The notes: generated by a model not told the origin, from the sequence alone. DNA of 62,536 nucleotides from Thraustochytrium aureum (GCA_012862495.1 BLSG01000062.1:42447-104982), one strand, 5' to 3'; counted from the first letter of the stretch, positions 44,970-57,173 are shown. Made by a program: numbers and translations.

Positions 44970-47203
44970 ATGGAGGGGAAGGCTGCAGGGGGCGCGCGAA
45001 GGGGCGCGCAGCGCGAGCAAGAGTTCAGCATGGAGGCCGATGATGGAGCTGCTGGGCAAAGCGACTGGGATCGAGCTGCGAGCGACGACAGAATGCTCTG
45101 GCTCCGTGGACAGGTTCGGCAAGCACACGCCAGCCCAGCCGCGCGAGCAGACCATGTGGGAACCGCGAGCAGTGCGCAAAACATCTCCCATCGCGGCGCA
45201 GCTCGTGCACATGGACTGTCGCACCCGCACAGCAACGCGGAGCCGACTTCGGGCGTGATCGGCGACGATGCTGCAGAAGACGCTGGAGGTATTGTGGAAC
45301 CCCCTCCCGCGAGCGAGTGGGGTGAGCGCGGCACCGACTGCGGGGCCGGGCCTGAAACCGATTCCCACATGGGCGCCCGGCCGTCATGGAAGCGGCTCGC
45401 CTGCTTTGGCGACAAACCGGGGCCTCGGAGCGGCGCGGCCTCCGTCGTGCACCGGGACAAACTGTACGTCTTTGGGGGGTACGGGGGGGAGAGCAGGCTT
45501 GGCGATTTCTACGAGTACTGTTTCCACGCACGCGCGTGGCGCCGGCTGAGCGGGGGCGGAGCAGAAGGGCCCGGGCCTCGCGAGAACAATGGGTTTGTAT
45601 CTTCTGGGGACTGCCTCTACCTTTTTGGCGGGTACGATGGAGTCACGTGGCTCTGCGACCTATGGGAGTTTAACACGATAGAGGAGCGATGGCGTCTGGT
45701 CGACGCCGTCGGCGACGTGCCCAGCCACCGGTTCGGGTTTGTGTCGGTCACAAACCGCGGCAAGCTGGTCCTCTTCGGCGGGTACTCGGGCCAGGCCTGG
45801 CTCAACGACATGTACGAGCTCGACTTGGAGACCGCTACTTGGGTACTCCTCAAGGATATCCATGGCGACATTCCATCGAAGCGTAGCTGCCCGTCGTGGG
45901 CAGTCCGCGAAGACTCTATCTTCATGTTTGGCGGCTACGACGGCGTCCAGCGCAAGAACGACCTGTTCGAGTACCGCATCCTCGAGCGGCGCTGGGTCGA
46001 ACTCGCTGCAGGCGGGCAAAAGCCGTCCGGGCGCTACTTTCACGCGTGTGGCGTGCACGGGGACAATCTCTACGTGTTTGGTGGGTACAACGGCCGCGAG
46101 CGGCTCAGCGACCTTTACCAGTTTTCTTTCAGGACGCGGCTCTGGAAACAGCTCAAGACGGTCGGCGATGTGCCAAGCGGCCGCTCCAGCTTGGTTGCGC
46201 AGTTTCATGGGAACTCGCTCTTTGTGTTTGGTGGCTGTACGTCCCTTTTGCTCGGTTGCTGGCTCGCGCTGTGTCAGTGGTTCGCTGGCTTCTCTGTGCC
46301 TCTTGGCTCGGCTGGCTCGCGCTGTAGGCTTTCTCATGGCTTTGCTGGTTGCCGGTTTCTGGAGGCTGGGTTGGTAGGGAGGGAGGCAAATAGTCTGACA
46401 CTTCATTCCTGTGAGCGAGCGCAGACAACGGCACCACCGTGCTCAATGACTTTTTCGAGTACCCTTTTGTCTGTGTTGAGATCGAGCCGCCTCAACTCAC
46501 GCGGGATCTGCACCGCCTCATCAACCACGAAACGTTCAGTGACGTCACGTTTATCGTCGAGGGCCGTCGAGTCCACGCTGTGCGAGCTCTCCTCGCGATT
46601 CGCAGTGAGCACTTTCGCGCGCTTCTATTTGGTGGGATGCGTGAATCGCGCGTGGCCACGCGTCCCGTCAAACCGTTCCTGGCAGGTGATGGCGCTGGTG
46701 CGGGCGACGGCGCTGGTGCAGGCGCAGGTGCGGGCATCGGTTGCTCGGCCGACGAGGGAGTCGGCGGGCGGGCTTTTGTGCAGAGGGACGACGTGGTCGA
46801 CGCCATCGTGCTCCCCGACGTCCAACACGACGTTTTTGTCGCCGTGCTCGAGTTTCTCTACACGGACTCGGTCGCGATTCAGTCCGAACTGGCAGTCCCG
46901 TTGCTCATCGCGGCGGAGCGCTTCTTGCTGCCGCGGCTCAAGTCACTGTGCGAAGAGACTATCCTCAAGAGCATTTCGCGCGACAATTGCGTCCACATCC
47001 TTTTGCAAGCCTACCTGCATAATGCCGAGTCGCTCAAGGGCATCTGCCTCAACTATATCGTGGACAACTTGGCTGTCCTGCGCTCGAGCCCGCAGTTCCA
47101 GATACTCAAGCAAGAGCCCGACCTTTTGATGGAGATCATCATGCGGTCCACGTCGGTGCTCAACCCGCACGAGGCGCCTGCGGCGGTTCCATTTGGGGCA
47201 TAG
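44970..47203 (+). CDS. Kelch-repeat plus BTB/POZ protein (LZTR1-like); exons 44970-46236 and 46425-47203; alternative start at 45030
   Basis: Six Kelch blades (LYVFGGY...D...Y...W), a BTB domain (FSDVTFIVEGRRVHAVRALLAIRSEHFRAL...LEFLYTD) and BACK-like helices. Confidence 0.9.
46237..46424 (+). other. Spliceosomal GT-AG intron (188 bp) in the Kelch-BTB gene
   Basis: Donor GTACGT at 46237, branch-like CTGAC at ~46395, acceptor CAG ending at 46424. Splicing restores FVFGG-Y-NGTTVLND. Confidence 0.9.
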
Positions 47204-47590
47204 CAGGCGTGACCGTGAGCTTTGGGCTGCGTCGTCTCCTCGCTCGGATTGCTGGTTTTTTGTCTTCCCCTGTTCATTTCTCAACCAAAAGCAGCCAGCA
47301 GGACCGGAAGGTTTTCCTGGCAATGTACAGCGATGCGCCCTGCACTGTGCTGTGAAGTCGGAGTTGCGAGGGCGGTGCGCGTGCCTTTGCTCTCTTCCCC
47401 ATAGGCCCAGCCAGCAAGCTTCGGAGGTGATCGGGGCGAAGGAGCTGCACAATCCTCCCGACACAACAACAACGCAAGGCCTTTTAAAAAGCAATCGACG
47501 CAAGTAGGTAGGTTGTGTACTCACTTTAGACAGAAAGCATGCCCTGTAGGTAAATGAAAGCCTGATGGTAAATGAACGGCAGGACCCGGC

Positions 47591-48817
47591 TCACTTGGTG
47601 AGCCAGTTCGAGTAAGCGTCCATGTTTCGGGAAAGGATGTCAGACAGCGGCCCAAGGACGCGCTGGAAAACCTTGCGGTGCACGGTCAGGACCTTGACTC
47701 TCTCCGACGCAGCGGTCACCGTCGCTTGGCGCCGCTTGGAGGTGAGCAAGGCGATCTCGCCAAAGTACTTGCCCTCCGTCAGCTGCGATACTGGCTTGCC
47801 GTCGCGCTCGATGCTAACCACGCCGTCGGCGATAATGAAAAAGTCATCGCCCTGATCGCCCTGGTTGACAATCACTTGGCCTGCCTGGAAGCACGACTCG
47901 CGCAGCGCGTCTGCGAGGACCATGAGCTCCTGGGGAGACATTTCGTTGAGAATCGGCACAGTCGAGAGAAACTCAAAGTACTTTCGCCGCTTTTTCATCG
48001 CCGAGCCCATCAGGATTGACTTGAAAGTGACCTGATCAAGACGCCAGAGCTGGCAGGTTTCGAGGGCGACGACAGAAGCCGCGCGCGGAGCGTTGTACAT
48101 GAGCGCAAGCTCGCCGAAACCGTCCGACGGGCCATAGGTGAGGTCTAGGTTGACGCCCGTTTTGGTCACCCGCGCAGAGCCCTGGTCCAGCACATAATAG
48201 TGTTCAGCCACAGTGTCTCCCTCGGTGATGATGTTTGCGCCGCTCTCCACTGTGCAGCGCTCGAAGGCACCGACAATTGTTGCGACTTCCTCTGTATCCA
48301 GGTGCGAGCAGAGCACGGAGGCCTTGACGATGGCCTCGAGCTTCTCCCGTTCCTCGTCCGACTTGGGGAAGCTCGGGCGAGCCGTCCCGACGGCGTCTGA
48401 GCTCAGCACCCCGGCAGAGACGGAAACTCTGCGGCCCCCATTCTTGGCAGAGTTTTTCGCGGGGAGCGCGGGCAAGTCGTCGACGTAGCCGTCCTCATCG
48501 TCTGAGGACTCGGAGCACGAGTCATCAGAGGCCGCCTTTTCCTCTTGCGCCTCGGCGCGCCGTGCTTCCTTGCTGTCGCTGGGGCGTGCTTTGCCGGAGG
48601 GCTCTATCGTCGGGGCGGCCACCTCGCTGCGCTTGCAATACGCTTCCGTTTCCTCCTGAAAGTTGTCCAGCAAGTACTGCACGATGTACGCGACGGGCGA
48701 CTCGGGCTTCTCCATCAGCAGCTGCTCAACGATCTTCACAAACAGCGTGTTGACGCCCTTCTCGGACAGGTACTGTTGCAGTTCCTCCTGCACGGCGCTC
48801 TCGGCAGACAGCGACAT
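47591..48817 (-). CDS. PKAR: cAMP-dependent protein kinase regulatory subunit
   Basis: N-terminal dimerisation/docking domain (LQQYLSEKGVNTLF..IVEQLLMEKPESP), inhibitor site RRVSVSA, and two cyclic-nucleotide cassettes, FGELALMYNAPRAASV and FGEIALLTSKRRQATV. Confidence 0.93.
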   Translation of the reverse strand: MSLSAESAVQEELQQYLSEKGVNTLFVKIVEQLLMEKPESPVAYIVQYLLDNFQEETEAYCKRSEVAAPTIEPSGKARPSDSKEARRAEAQEEKAASDDSCSESSDDEDGYVDDLPALPAKNSAKNGGRRVSVSAGVLSSDAVGTARPSFPKSDEEREKLEAIVKASVLCSHLDTEEVATIVGAFERCTVESGANIITEGDTVAEHYYVLDQGSARVTKTGVNLDLTYGPSDGFGELALMYNAPRAASVVALETCQLWRLDQVTFKSILMGSAMKKRRKYFEFLSTVPILNEMSPQELMVLADALRESCFQAGQVIVNQGDQGDDFFIIADGVVSIERDGKPVSQLTEGKYFGEIALLTSKRRQATVTAASERVKVLTVHRKVFQRVLGPLSDILSRNMDAYSNWLTK

Positions 48818-50486
48818 CCTCGCCTCGTCGTCGGCTGCTTCGCCTCGCGGCCTCTCGGTGCGGGCGCGGCAATCCAGGCAAGTATTGGGCACACCAGCTT
48901 TGCGCGTCTTGCAGGCCTGCCCACCCGACGCACGCTGCTGCTTCAGGGCTCTGTTGTCGCGCAACGTCAACGCCACTAACGGTATTCTCAGAGGAACAAG
49001 GAGCTATACGAGGCGCAAACCTAACCTTTTTTTCGTCTGGCCGCGGCGAAAGAAGACTCTACCACTGGTATAGAGGCAGCCTCCTCAGGTAGACAGGCAG
49101 GCAGAGTGTGGCAGGCCGTCATGGCGCGACGGAGGCCGCGAGCTGAGGAGCCCCCCGATTTTACATCCACCAACCACATCGAGTACAACTTTTCTGAAGA
49201 TCATGGTGTGCCCAGGCTGGGGGCAGAGGCACTCACCCCCAACCGACGTGTGGCGGATGCTGTGCGCGTTGGGGTTGGGCGGTCGGCGGCGGGTGCCGTT
49301 CTCAGCTCTTCAGGCGAAGTGCACGTTGAAAGAGACGCGTAGACCTTTGCGACCAATTTGATGTCCTGAATGAAAATAACTCTTCGATGAGTGGAGAATT
49401 GAAGGCAGCGTGCCACGGGCGTAATAAAAACGCACGTAGCGTGCGTCCCACGGGCCCAGTTGCGCGGCTTCCAGTCGTCGCTCATGCCGGCGGTGCTTTA
49501 CCGGTCTGTCAACGGGGCGAGGAGGAATTTTTCAGCCGTCGCTCTTGGCGCGACCAACAATCGGATTCATTTGACTGACAGCGTTGGTGATGTCTAATAG
49601 CATCCTGGAGGAGGGCTCCAGTACCGATCCTAGAAAATGGAGGGCGAGAACCTGGCCGAGCTCCTCGCAAACCTCGCGCGCGAACCAGAGTGTGCACGTT
49701 TGTTGGAATAGCCTCTGGCTAGAGCTAAGGTGAAAAAAAGACAAAATAATAAAAAGCACGACTTCGCCTCGGCAGCCACGTCTCGAGGAAAGCTTCTGGA
49801 TGTGACGAACGCAACGTCGCCTTGCATTTCGTCTGCACCACTATGAGGCTCTCCATGCTGAATAGGAAATTTTTTTCCGTTTGGTGACCCCAATAGACTG
49901 GCACAACTTTGCCCCTCACTTTTCAAAAACCTTGCAGCTGTACACCGATCGCCAACCAAACTCCTTACTCTTCGAGGTATGCATGCCTACTTCAGTTCAA
50001 TCGATCAATTGGAATTCGCGCCGAGGAAGCCTGAGCCAACTGACTCGATCCGTGTGTGGAAATCACGACGTGACTTACGTCAAGTATAGCGCTACCATTC
50101 CACAATGAAGAATATCTCCGCAGCGCATGGGGCCATCCATGACCACGCCAACGTGGCTTGACCCGTTGCGCCCCCATTGGTGCTGCCGACGCTTTCGTAG
50201 CATCCTTACTCCGCAAAAGAAGAGCGGATGATGCACCTCTCCAAATGCAACTCTCGGGCTTTCTATTCGATTTGTAATGTGACGACCTTCCATCGACACT
50301 TGCAACTGTTGACGATGTATCGGCCAGAGAAAAGACTTGCGAGGCAAGTAAGGCCAGGCTCGAAGTTGAATCAAGAACGTTCGCCCTGTGGGTGCTTCAC
50401 GCCCTGAAGTGACAAAACCCAGCCCCCCCCTCCAGGACGGGCCGGCCTGCCATGGGGGCGCCAGCGGCATTCGCTTGTTTCCAGGC

Positions 50487-50552
50487 GCAACTAGAACGCA
50501 TCCCGCTTTCGCTCCACGTGCAACTAGAACGCATCCCGCTTTCACTCCACGT
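50487..50552. repeat. 33-bp tandem duplication
   Basis: GCAACTAGAACGCATCCCGCTTTCRCTCCACGT occurs twice. Confidence 0.85.
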
Positions 50553-51630
50553 GGGGCAGCAGACGACGTAGTACTCTGCGCTTCGTGCTCTGCGCTATCT
50601 AGTAGACTTGCTGGATGGTTTCGAATGAAAAAAATCCGAATTTTCGAAGGTGTGTGGACTCGGACCCGACGATGTTGTGCCATCATCGGCATTCCAGCCT
50701 TTCTTCTTCGGCGCGCCGTGACGGCGACCGTCGCGAGCAAGATGCCACCCCCTTTCGAAAGAAAAACCGATAGTGGGAAGGCCTACCGACTTCCGGGACT
50801 GCACCGCCACACGGATGTGCCCCTCTGCAGAGTAACAGAGGTCATGCCTCCTCATAACCCGCTCTTCACTCTCCGCTCTCAGAAGAGCCGGAGTAGAGCA
50901 AGTACCTCCACTGGCAGCGCGGATGGATGGCAGGAGACCATTGGTCGGCTCCACGTGCTCGAACGCCAAGCAGTTGGCGGCGGAGTCCTCTTCAGCGCGC
51001 GCCAGCCCAACAAACTGCCAAAAAAAGAGCAGTCCAACCAGATTGACCAACGCCGGGTGGGTGCCGCGGAGCGCGGCTGTGGCTCCGCTAGAGTAGAGCG
51101 CCCGCCAGCTCGGGACATAAATAACAGAGCTGGAGTGTGTCTGTGCCAGTCAGCGGCTGTTGCGTGAGGACCGCACCGAGGGCAACTGGCAAGAACAGGC
51201 TCCCGATCTTCTGTCTCTCACACCATCGAAGGTGGTCGCTGTCAACTCGACGAACTCCAAACAATGCTGCCGTGCCGTTGAAGCTGCCTGCCAGTAGGTA
51301 AGTAGTGGGAAAAAAAAAAGGCATCAGAAAACCAACTTCCAACAAAACAAGGCACAGACCTGAATCGGAGACAGGGCCGAGGCAGCGCAAGGCAGGGCGC
51401 CTGACTCGCGCAGTTCTCGCCAGGCCCAGGCCGTCCCGGCGTTGGGCGCGCGAGCGAGCGCCTCAAAAGGCGGGCGTAGCGGGGACGAGCGAAGGCAAGG
51501 TGGAGAACGCGGTTCGAAAAAAACGGGCCTTGGGCACACACGGGCTAGGAGCGACCACCGCGCTGTCGAGGGCGACGCGTAGCGACGCCGCGGGCCTCGC
51601 TGGCGAGACCAAGCCGCTCTTGCTGGCGGG

Positions 51631-53196
51631 ATGGTCTGCATTAAGGTGGTCGGCAATGACGAGGAAGAAGGCGACGAGGGCTGGTCCTCGAGTGGCGAGT
51701 CCGACGAGACCGTCGACGAGCCGGCTGCGTCAAAGCCGCGCGACGAGAGAATCAGCAAAACGTCAGCAACGCGCGCCCCTGAACTTAACAACAACGGCAA
51801 GGTACAAAGCACGGTTGGCACGACCGGTGGCGCTTCCAGCGCAAGCTCAAAGTCGCGGCAAAACCGAAGCGCCGTGCAAACAGCAGCTGCCTCCGCGAGT
51901 AGCGTTGCTGGTGGAAGCGCCGGCAGTTGCGCCAAACCCAAAGGTGGAGAGACCAAGGTTGGCGCTCTACCAACTGCGACGCCGTCGGGTGTGCTGCAGC
52001 GCGCTCAACCTGCCCAACAAATTGGCGCGCTCGAGTCTCCACCCACAAAGCAGACGACTACTCAGAATGGCGACACGGCCTTGGCAAGCACTCAGCGCTC
52101 TGCATCCCGGAAACGAGTGCGGTTCTCCTCGCCGGAGTCGCGCGAGATCGTTGCCAAGGCAAGTGCAAAGGCGCCAAATCCGCCTTGCGACGAGAACCCA
52201 ACCCTCTCGCTCAATCCTGGCGAGCAGAGCGGACGGGTCCGCGACTGCCCCCCCAAGGAGGCAAAGGCGAAGCGGTTGAAAAAGGCCCCTGCCCGGAAAA
52301 CAACACCGGGAGAACCGCTCCCAAAGACCTTGCATTACAGCGAACACCGCCCCGACCCCGCCTGGCAAGTTCAGAGTAATCAGCAGGTGATGCAGCAGCA
52401 GCAGCAGCAGCAGCAGCATCTCCGGCGGCTCCGAGAAGAGCAACAACTTGAACAGCAACATCAGCAGGAACAGTATCGCTTGCTGCAGCAACAGAAGCAG
52501 CAGCAGCTGCTGCTGCATCAAGTGTATCCCGTTGCTGGTCCCGGGGAAGCCCATGCACACCGCAACGACCCCTGCTCGGTGGCCGGCAACCTCGGAGACT
52601 CTGATATTATCTTGCAACGCAACAAACTTGCGGCTTTGGAGGATGGTATTCGGGTGGCGTTACATGAGCGAGACAACCTCATCGCATGCCTCGAGCACAC
52701 GATGGACGGCCTCGCCGATTTCCGCAATTTGAAAGCCAAAATCGAGAGCATCGACGTCAATCTGCGCAAGCTCTTCTGCGAAATTGTTCGGCTTCCGTGG
52801 GTCTCGGGCACAACCTCGTTGATGTCGTTGGCCCTATATGACTACATCACCAAGTGCCAGATGCCGTTCCGAACGCGCGAGTCACTGTTTCCGCGGGACC
52901 GAACGCTGGGACAGGATCATATCGGACTTGCCGCCGCTCCCGCAGGACGGCCTTTTGCGCAGGAGATGCCCAGGTCTTTCTCCCCGGCGATGCAGAATCT
53001 GGGCGATTTCTCCAAGAAGCCGCCCGCGGGTTCAATTTTGCCAGGGATTCGGAGCGCGCAGCCAAGCCTGCTGTCCGTGGTTCGTCCTGACATGCCAGCA
53101 ATGTTCGAACTTGGCGGGCGGAGCTTGGGCGGGGCGCAGGCAATGCCGCGCAGCGGTCTTCACGGGAGTTACTTCCCTCCGTACCTCGCTGACTAG
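51631..53196 (+). CDS. Hypothetical protein: disordered N-half, poly-Q tract, helical coiled-coil domain
   Basis: 521-aa ORF with an NLS-like RKRVRF and a CAG-encoded poly-Q at ~52391-52520. No family recognised, and the start is uncertain. Confidence 0.6.
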   Translation: MVCIKVVGNDEEEGDEGWSSSGESDETVDEPAASKPRDERISKTSATRAPELNNNGKVQSTVGTTGGASSASSKSRQNRSAVQTAAASASSVAGGSAGSCAKPKGGETKVGALPTATPSGVLQRAQPAQQIGALESPPTKQTTTQNGDTALASTQRSASRKRVRFSSPESREIVAKASAKAPNPPCDENPTLSLNPGEQSGRVRDCPPKEAKAKRLKKAPARKTTPGEPLPKTLHYSEHRPDPAWQVQSNQQVMQQQQQQQQHLRRLREEQQLEQQHQQEQYRLLQQQKQQQLLLHQVYPVAGPGEAHAHRNDPCSVAGNLGDSDIILQRNKLAALEDGIRVALHERDNLIACLEHTMDGLADFRNLKAKIESIDVNLRKLFCEIVRLPWVSGTTSLMSLALYDYITKCQMPFRTRESLFPRDRTLGQDHIGLAAAPAGRPFAQEMPRSFSPAMQNLGDFSKKPPAGSILPGIRSAQPSLLSVVRPDMPAMFELGGRSLGGAQAMPRSGLHGSYFPPYLAD

Positions 53197-54105
53197 GTGG
53201 GATGTGTGCCATAGCGGCACTTCACAATCGACGCAACTCTAGTAGGAGATGTAATATAATGTCCGCGGGGGCGTCACTTTGATGTCGTGAGGTTCCGCAT
53301 AGCTGACCAACGGCAGTCCATGTAGTGCCAGCTCTTTCGAGGCGTCTCTACGCGATTGACAGGCCCCGCGCAGCCTGAAGATTGCGAATTGGCGAGGCAA
53401 GGCTAGCTCACCATCATGCTATGACAAACATCCTGCGACAGAACCGGGACGTTTTCATTCGTCTTTCAAGAAAAGCTAGCAGCATAACCACTTGTGGGGC
53501 TGTATCTCAGCGGCGTGGGGCTGGGAGGCTGTACGAGAAGTGTGCATATTGTAACCCAAGGTGAATGCGCCAGGCGTTTTCGTTACCATCAGGATGAAGG
53601 GGCGCTTCGAGGCCGATTTGCTGGGTGAGCTGCAGGAGAGAGGGAATTTTTTCAATTTTTGATGCTCCATCCTTGTGGGGACTCTTCGGGTGACGAGCCT
53701 CACGATGCTGAGCCGAGACGTGACGTCGGTCTCAATCTTATTGCTGATCACTTGCGGGCCAAAGCAGTTCGCATAGGCAACTTCCGTGCGAAGACAAGAG
53801 CCGTTGGCGAGCGAGCCCCAACCACCAGTGGCTGAGTCACGGAAGGCAGGACGGTCTTGCCTGAGAGCGTCATGATATTGCTACATGAAGCGCCCCGGCG
53901 CGACCCGCCTTCTCGCGCGAGCACGTTTTGCGGTACCACGGTCCTCTGCCACGGCTGTAATAGAGACTGCAGGGCTGTCGATCCGAAAGCGCCGCTTGCC
54001 AAAGCGGAGGCTGGGGAGCGTTGCCGCCTTAATTTATCCACACTTCCGCTGTTGTTGAAAACGCAGACACGGCTAGCCACGGAGGGTTCTATTGCTGATG
54101 ACTTC

Positions 54106-54224
54106 TCCCGGCTGCAGTCAGGTCCCGGCTGCAGTCAGGTCCCGGCTGCATTCAGGTCCCGACTGCAGTCAGGTCCCGGCTGCAGTCAGGTCCCGGCTGC
54201 AGTCAGGTCCCGGCTGCATTCAGG
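54106..54224. repeat. 17-bp minisatellite, 7 copies (TCCCGGCTGCAGTCAGG)
   Basis: Seven contiguous units. Copies 3 and 7 share a G>T variant. Confidence 0.95.
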
Positions 54225-54855
54225 CTCGTGTATGGTGTCGAGTGCCGCTCAAGTTGGCAAATCACATTCCGATTGAAGTCATCTGAGGCAAGCGCGCCAA
54301 CCACAGCGTGTGGGTCTTTGTGGACCGGCCCAGGCCACCTCGGAGCGAAGTGTAGCCAGAAAACGAGCGGCCAGCTAGCCCCGGGCGCCAAAGGCCAAAT
54401 GTTCAATTACGAACGGAAGGGCAGGGCTTGGCGCGAAACCAAATCGTCTGGGAATTTTTTTTTAAAGTTCACTCTCCAGTCGACACGCTTTCCTCAAAGC
54501 GCCCCCCCCCCATGTCCCCCGCCTGTTCGAAACAACCTCGTCCACTTCACCCCACGCTATCCGGTCCCGCAAGCAGCTCGTTCACCCTGCACGTAATTCC
54601 GCGCGAACTCTGGTGGTCTCTGTTGCACGAAATAGCGCCTAGTACCCCCCTGTATTCTACCCTACCCCCTCCACGCCTTTAGAACTACGAACTATTCTTC
54701 GTAACGGTATGGTGCCAACGAGTTGGCGTGCATGTGCAACGCGCGGTGCCGCAGACAGAGCCCGAACGCGAGACGATAACTGAGACCGCAGCGGCTCTGA
54801 AAGCGTTGCGACTGCCTAGGCAGGACTGCCCTTCGCTGCAGCAGACTTGCCGGCC

Positions 54856-57173
54856 ATGTTTGACAAAAAGGGCGTTGCGGTCGCCGCACTTGTGTTTGCA
54901 GCGCTCGTGCAGGTTGGGCACGCGAGACCGTGCCCGAATGCGTGCTCGGGCCATGGGACGTGCGAGTTTTCAGGCTTGTCAGGGACGTACTGCGCCTGCG
55001 CGATGGGGTGGAATACAACGGAGGGACCGGACTGCTCGCAGGCAAGTTTTGGGCTTGCCGACGCTTTGGCGTCAAGACAGAGGGCTAACGACGAGCGAAA
55101 GTACAGCGAGAGTGCCCCAAAGGAGTCGCTTGGTTCGACTTTGCGACCGACACCGACACGGCCCACGCACTAGCAGAGTGCTCCAACATGGGCACGTGTG
55201 ACCGGGCTACCGGACAATGCGAGTGCGCCACAGGCTTTTCTGGAAAGGCCTGCGACAAGCTCGCGTGCCCGTCCAACAGCTTTGGTGACTGCTCCGGCAG
55301 AGGCAAGTGCATGAGCATGCGCGACGCAGCGAGTACGGTTGACGGTATCAGACTACTGCGGTCTGTATCTTACAACCTCTGGGACGCGGACAAGATCATG
55401 GGCTGCGTTTGCGATCCAGGGTTCAAGGGCTACGACTGCTCGTTGAGAGAGTGCCCAATCGGCCTTGACACGGTGGGAACTTCCTATGTCTTGGAAAAGC
55501 AAGTCCTGGAATGCACGTGCCCGGCGACCTGCGCTGGATACTTCTACGTTGGCTTTAAGGGGGAATTCGTCAGAGTGTTCCATGACGACAGTGCAGCAAA
55601 ACTAATCGAGCGTCTGCAGAGCTTGTCAACAGTGCCAGCGGTCGACGTCACCATGAGTGGAGGGGCAACTGTGTGTGACGCTGACGGTGTCTCGAGCTTG
55701 ATTACCTTTAACAGGAATCCGGGCAATCTACCCGACCTCGTCATCGCACCAAGCTATTCAGAGACACTGACGAGCAGCGGAACAGTCTCCGTGGGCATTG
55801 TGTCTGGAGGCGGCGCTGCGACGCACGGCGGTGGTGCATCTAACGATGGCGACGCGCCGGTCGTCGAGTGCTCTGGTCGAGGGACTTGCAGCGAGCTATT
55901 CGGGACCTGCTTGTGCCAGATCAGCATCGACGCGGCAAGGGGCGGCCAATTTGCTGCGAGCAATGGCGAAGGGGTCAGTGGCTCTCGCGGCGATTGCGGC
56001 TTTGACGAATTGACGCCGTCCGGGTGCGTCTTTGCGGACGGCGGGAGCGGCACTCCCACTGAGTGTGCAAGCAACGGCATCTGCGACCCCACCACGTTCA
56101 GGTGCTCCTGCTACACCGGGTACACTGGACACGATTGTTCCCTTCGGGCTTGCCCAAGCGCCGAGCGTGGTTTGACGAGGCAACGGCGACCGACACTGCG
56201 CACGCGGATATGGAGTGCAGCTACATGGGCTTTTGCGATCGCNNNNNNNNNNNNNNNNNNNNNNNNNNNNNNNNNNNNNNNNNNNNNNNNNNNNNNNNNN
56301 NNNNNNNNNNNNNNNNNNNNNNNNNNNNNNNNNNNNNNNNNNNNNNNNNNATGCACCTGCCGAACGGGCTTTACAGGCAGCGCCTGTGAGAAATTGGCTT
56401 GCCCGACCACGGAAGAGGGCGTCTTTTGCAGTGGGCACGGTTCCTGCTACACGATGAAGCAGCTTGCAACCTTGTCGGAGGAGAATGGCGAGCTCCGCGG
56501 CGTCACGTACGGGGCGGTGCCTACGGACGCAACATGGGACCACTCATCGGTGCAAGGCTGCTACTGCGACTCAGGCTACTTTCACGGGCCGTTCGCGTGG
56601 GACTTTAGCGACTTCACGGCCAACTACGACTGCTCTCTGCTTACCTGTCCTCACGGCGACAATCCGCAAACAATTGGACAGACCAACGAGGTCCAAAGCA
56701 TCACCTGCACGGCCACAGAAGGGTGGTTCACTGTCACGTTTCGTCAGGATTCGACGCAACAGCTCCCCTACGACAGCGACGCGGACACCTTGAAGAGGCA
56801 ACTCGACTCGCTCATGTCCATCAGCGAGGTAGACGTGAGCTTCGCGGGAGGCTTGACCACTGCGTGCTCTGTGGGTGGAACTGTCATCACGCTCAGGTTC
56901 AAGGTGCCAGGCGACTTGCCACTGGTGTCTGTGGATACCTCGGGGCTCAATGGTGGCACTGCATCAATCGCGGAGGTCACCAAGGGCACGACCGAGTTTA
57001 TTGAGTGCTCGGGGCAAGGCACGTGCGACCGTTTAACTGGGATCTGCAAGTGCTACACAGGCTATGTCAGCAGCGATGGTTCTGGAGACGGCGTTACCGT
57101 CGGCCAGCGCGGGGACTGCGGCGCCATGTACATCTTTGCGGCGACGCAAACCAGCGAGGAAGAGACCGAGTGA
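54856..57173 (+). CDS. Secreted EGF/tenascin-repeat protein of the stramenopile mastigoneme (Sig1/Ocm-like) type; exons 54856-55041 and 55107-57173 (gap; apparent frameshift at ~56160)
   Basis: Signal peptide followed by two copies of the module CSGHG.C...DCS.R.CP.G.AWFD...AHA..ECS..G.CDR..G.C.C..GF.G.AC...WD.....GC.CD.G...YDCS...CP.G. Each copy is followed by an E(K/V)Q beta-rich domain and ECSG.G.C. Confidence 0.8.
55042..55106 (+). other. Non-canonical GC-AG intron (65 bp)
   Basis: Donor CAG|GCAAGT, branch GCTAAC at ~55084, acceptor TACAG. It is phase 0 and restores DCSQ|RECPKGVAWFD in frame with ORF 55188..57173. Confidence 0.85.

Noticed and set aside
53382..54090. Short ORFs downstream of the poly-Q gene
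   Set aside because: No recognisable motifs, and the frames are short and inconsistent.
200..56165. Pseudogene calls or programmed frameshifting for the broken ORFs
   Set aside because: Motifs are intact on both sides, there are no nonsense codons or shared slippery motif, and the indels fall in G/C runs in both directions. Sequencing error is simpler.
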